Shown: positions 62,331 through 63,875 of the stretch, in pieces | Numbering within the stretch: position 1 is the stretch's first letter | Layout: each line of letters opens with the position of its first letter | NCBI RefSeq assembly: GCF_039654945.1 | Contig: NW_027361880.1 | Location: 1,488,126-1,552,000 of the forward strand | DNA length: 63,875 nucleotides | Direction of reading: 5' to 3' | DNA from: Dendrobates tinctorius | Taxonomy: Eukaryota | The notes under the pieces: generated by a model | Told to the model about the DNA's origin: nothing | Seen by the model: the letters and a program-made list of their open reading frames with translations, nothing else | Database searches by the model: none | Position numbers and translations under genes: made by a program

Positions 62331-62559
62331 ATGTGGCCTAGAGGGCTGACTGGGCAGATGAGGCAATGGTGTAGTGTGCTGCACTGATCTTGCATTATTG
62401 CAGTCTGTGACACCTTTGTTGTGGCTTCTGTGGCTGCTGTTGCTACAAATCCTAATGTTACTATAATGTGCCTTGGTGGTGCCACAATCAGAAGGTGTGT
62501 CCACAGCTCTTACTTTTATAATTTGCCTTTTCTTAAAAAAACACCTAATATTCCTCCTA

Positions 62560-63875
62560 CTTTTGATTCCTCCTGAGTCGAGAACCTTATTGGCATTGAA
62601 CCAGGGTCAGGATGCTGCAGAGTTATATTGTCAAAAATTTCAAAAGTGGGCGGTCCTTACTAAATGGAATGATGATGCCCTAGCAGCTCTCTTTCGGAAG
62701 GGTCTGGCAGAAACCGTAAAAGATGTTCTGGTGGGATTTCCTATCCCCTCTGGTCTTGGTGACTCTATGTCATTGGCCATTCAAATTGATCGACGTTTAC
62801 GTGAACGTAAAACTACACGAGAGGCGGTGCCGCCTTTCAAACAAACTTCTGAACCCATGCAATGTGATAGGATTTTGTCTAGGTCGCAAAGTCAAGAGTT
62901 TCGAAGGCGTAATAAATTGTGTTTTTTGTGGGGATGCCTCTCATACTATTTCTGTCTGCCCTAAGCAAGAAAAGCGGTGGACAGTAGTTCCTTTTGGCGG
63001 TTACCTTGATCTGCACCTTGTCTACATTTTCTGCTAAGGCTTTTGTTGATTCAGGACCAGCTTTGAATCTGATTGATTTTGACTTTGCCAAACGTTGTGG
63101 TTTTCCCATGGTACCCCTGAGGACTCCTATCCCTTTGAGGGGTATTGTTGCTACTCCTTTGGTGGAGAATAAACCCAAGTTTTGGACCCAGGTGATAATG
63201 CGGGTCGCCCCGGACCAACAAGAGAATTGTAAATTTTTGGTGTTGCACAATTTGCATGATATTATTGTACTGGGTTTACCTTGGTTGCAAACCCATAATC
63301 CTGTTTTGGATTGGAAATCTGTGTCTGTGGTGAGTTGGGGTTGTCAATGTGTTCTTAGTGACACTCCTGTTTTCCCCACCTCTCCCCAGTCTCATGATAT
63401 TCCTGACTATTTGGCTGATTTTTCTGATGTATTTAGTGAGAGTAAGTCCGCGTCTTTGCCTCCTCATTGGAGTTATGACTGTGCAATTGAGTTAATGCTC
63501 GGTTGTAAATTTCCCAAGGGTCAACTTTTCAACTTATCGGTACCTGAACATGATGCTATGCGATCTTATATCAAGGAGTCATGGGAGAAGGGTCATATCA
63601 GACCATTCTCTTCACCTTTAGGTGCTGGTTTTTTTTTTATGGCCAAGAAAGATGGCTCATTAAGGCCATGTATTGACTATTGTTCCCTTAACAAAATCAC
63701 TGTTAAATATCAGTACCCGTTACCCCTGATTTCTGATTTATTTTCCAGAGTTAAAAGTGCTTGTTGGTTTACCAAACTTGACCTCACGGGGCGCATAATC
63801 TTATTCGCATTAAGCACGGGGATGAATGGAATACTGCGTTTAATACCCCTTATTCTCATGGGGAACATGTCCGGA
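62560..63875 (+). pseudogene. Sushi/Tf2-like Ty3/Gypsy gag-protease-RT remnant running off the window end
   Basis: WNDDALAALFRKGL, IQIDRRLRER, EPMQ, CGDASHTISVC, AFVDSG, PPHWSYDCAI, LRPCIDY. Confidence 0.88.

Noticed and set aside
62473-63875. PEG10/RTL-like domesticated gene
   Set aside because: Frameshifts and an apparent deletion between gag and protease; ordinary decayed sushi-like retrotransposon

Overview
Vertebrate DNA, most likely from a frog (inferred from the repeat repertoire), very rich in repeats. It contains a small cluster of three single-exon class II olfactory receptor (OR) genes on the minus strand (1888-2844, 21546-22481, 33779-34714). OR2 and OR3 lie in a tandem duplication (~18965-24089 and ~24505-36286), and the second copy carries extra TE insertions. 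The rest is mostly nested TE debris: PIF/Harbinger-type, hAT, Kolobok/T2 and piggyBac-like non-autonomous elements, two Tc1 elements (one a single nonsense codon from intact), a non-autonomous Helitron with a PIF1-helicase remnant, L2 and CR1 3' ends, several solo LTRs with target-site duplications (TSDs), four Ty3/Gypsy pol remnants (one with the Gmr1-like integrase-before-RT order), and Penelope-like remnants with a GIY-YIG fragment. A telomere-like array with an N gap opens the window. The most notable items are four minimal hammerhead-ribozyme-like motifs, a ~6.7-kb apparently non-coding insert with a 14-bp TSD that carries one of them, a probable gene-conversion tract between OR2 and OR3, and several signs of OR3 decay. 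I found no clearly new biological system. Most ORFs in the track are spurious. All coordinates were read by eye and may be off by a few bases.
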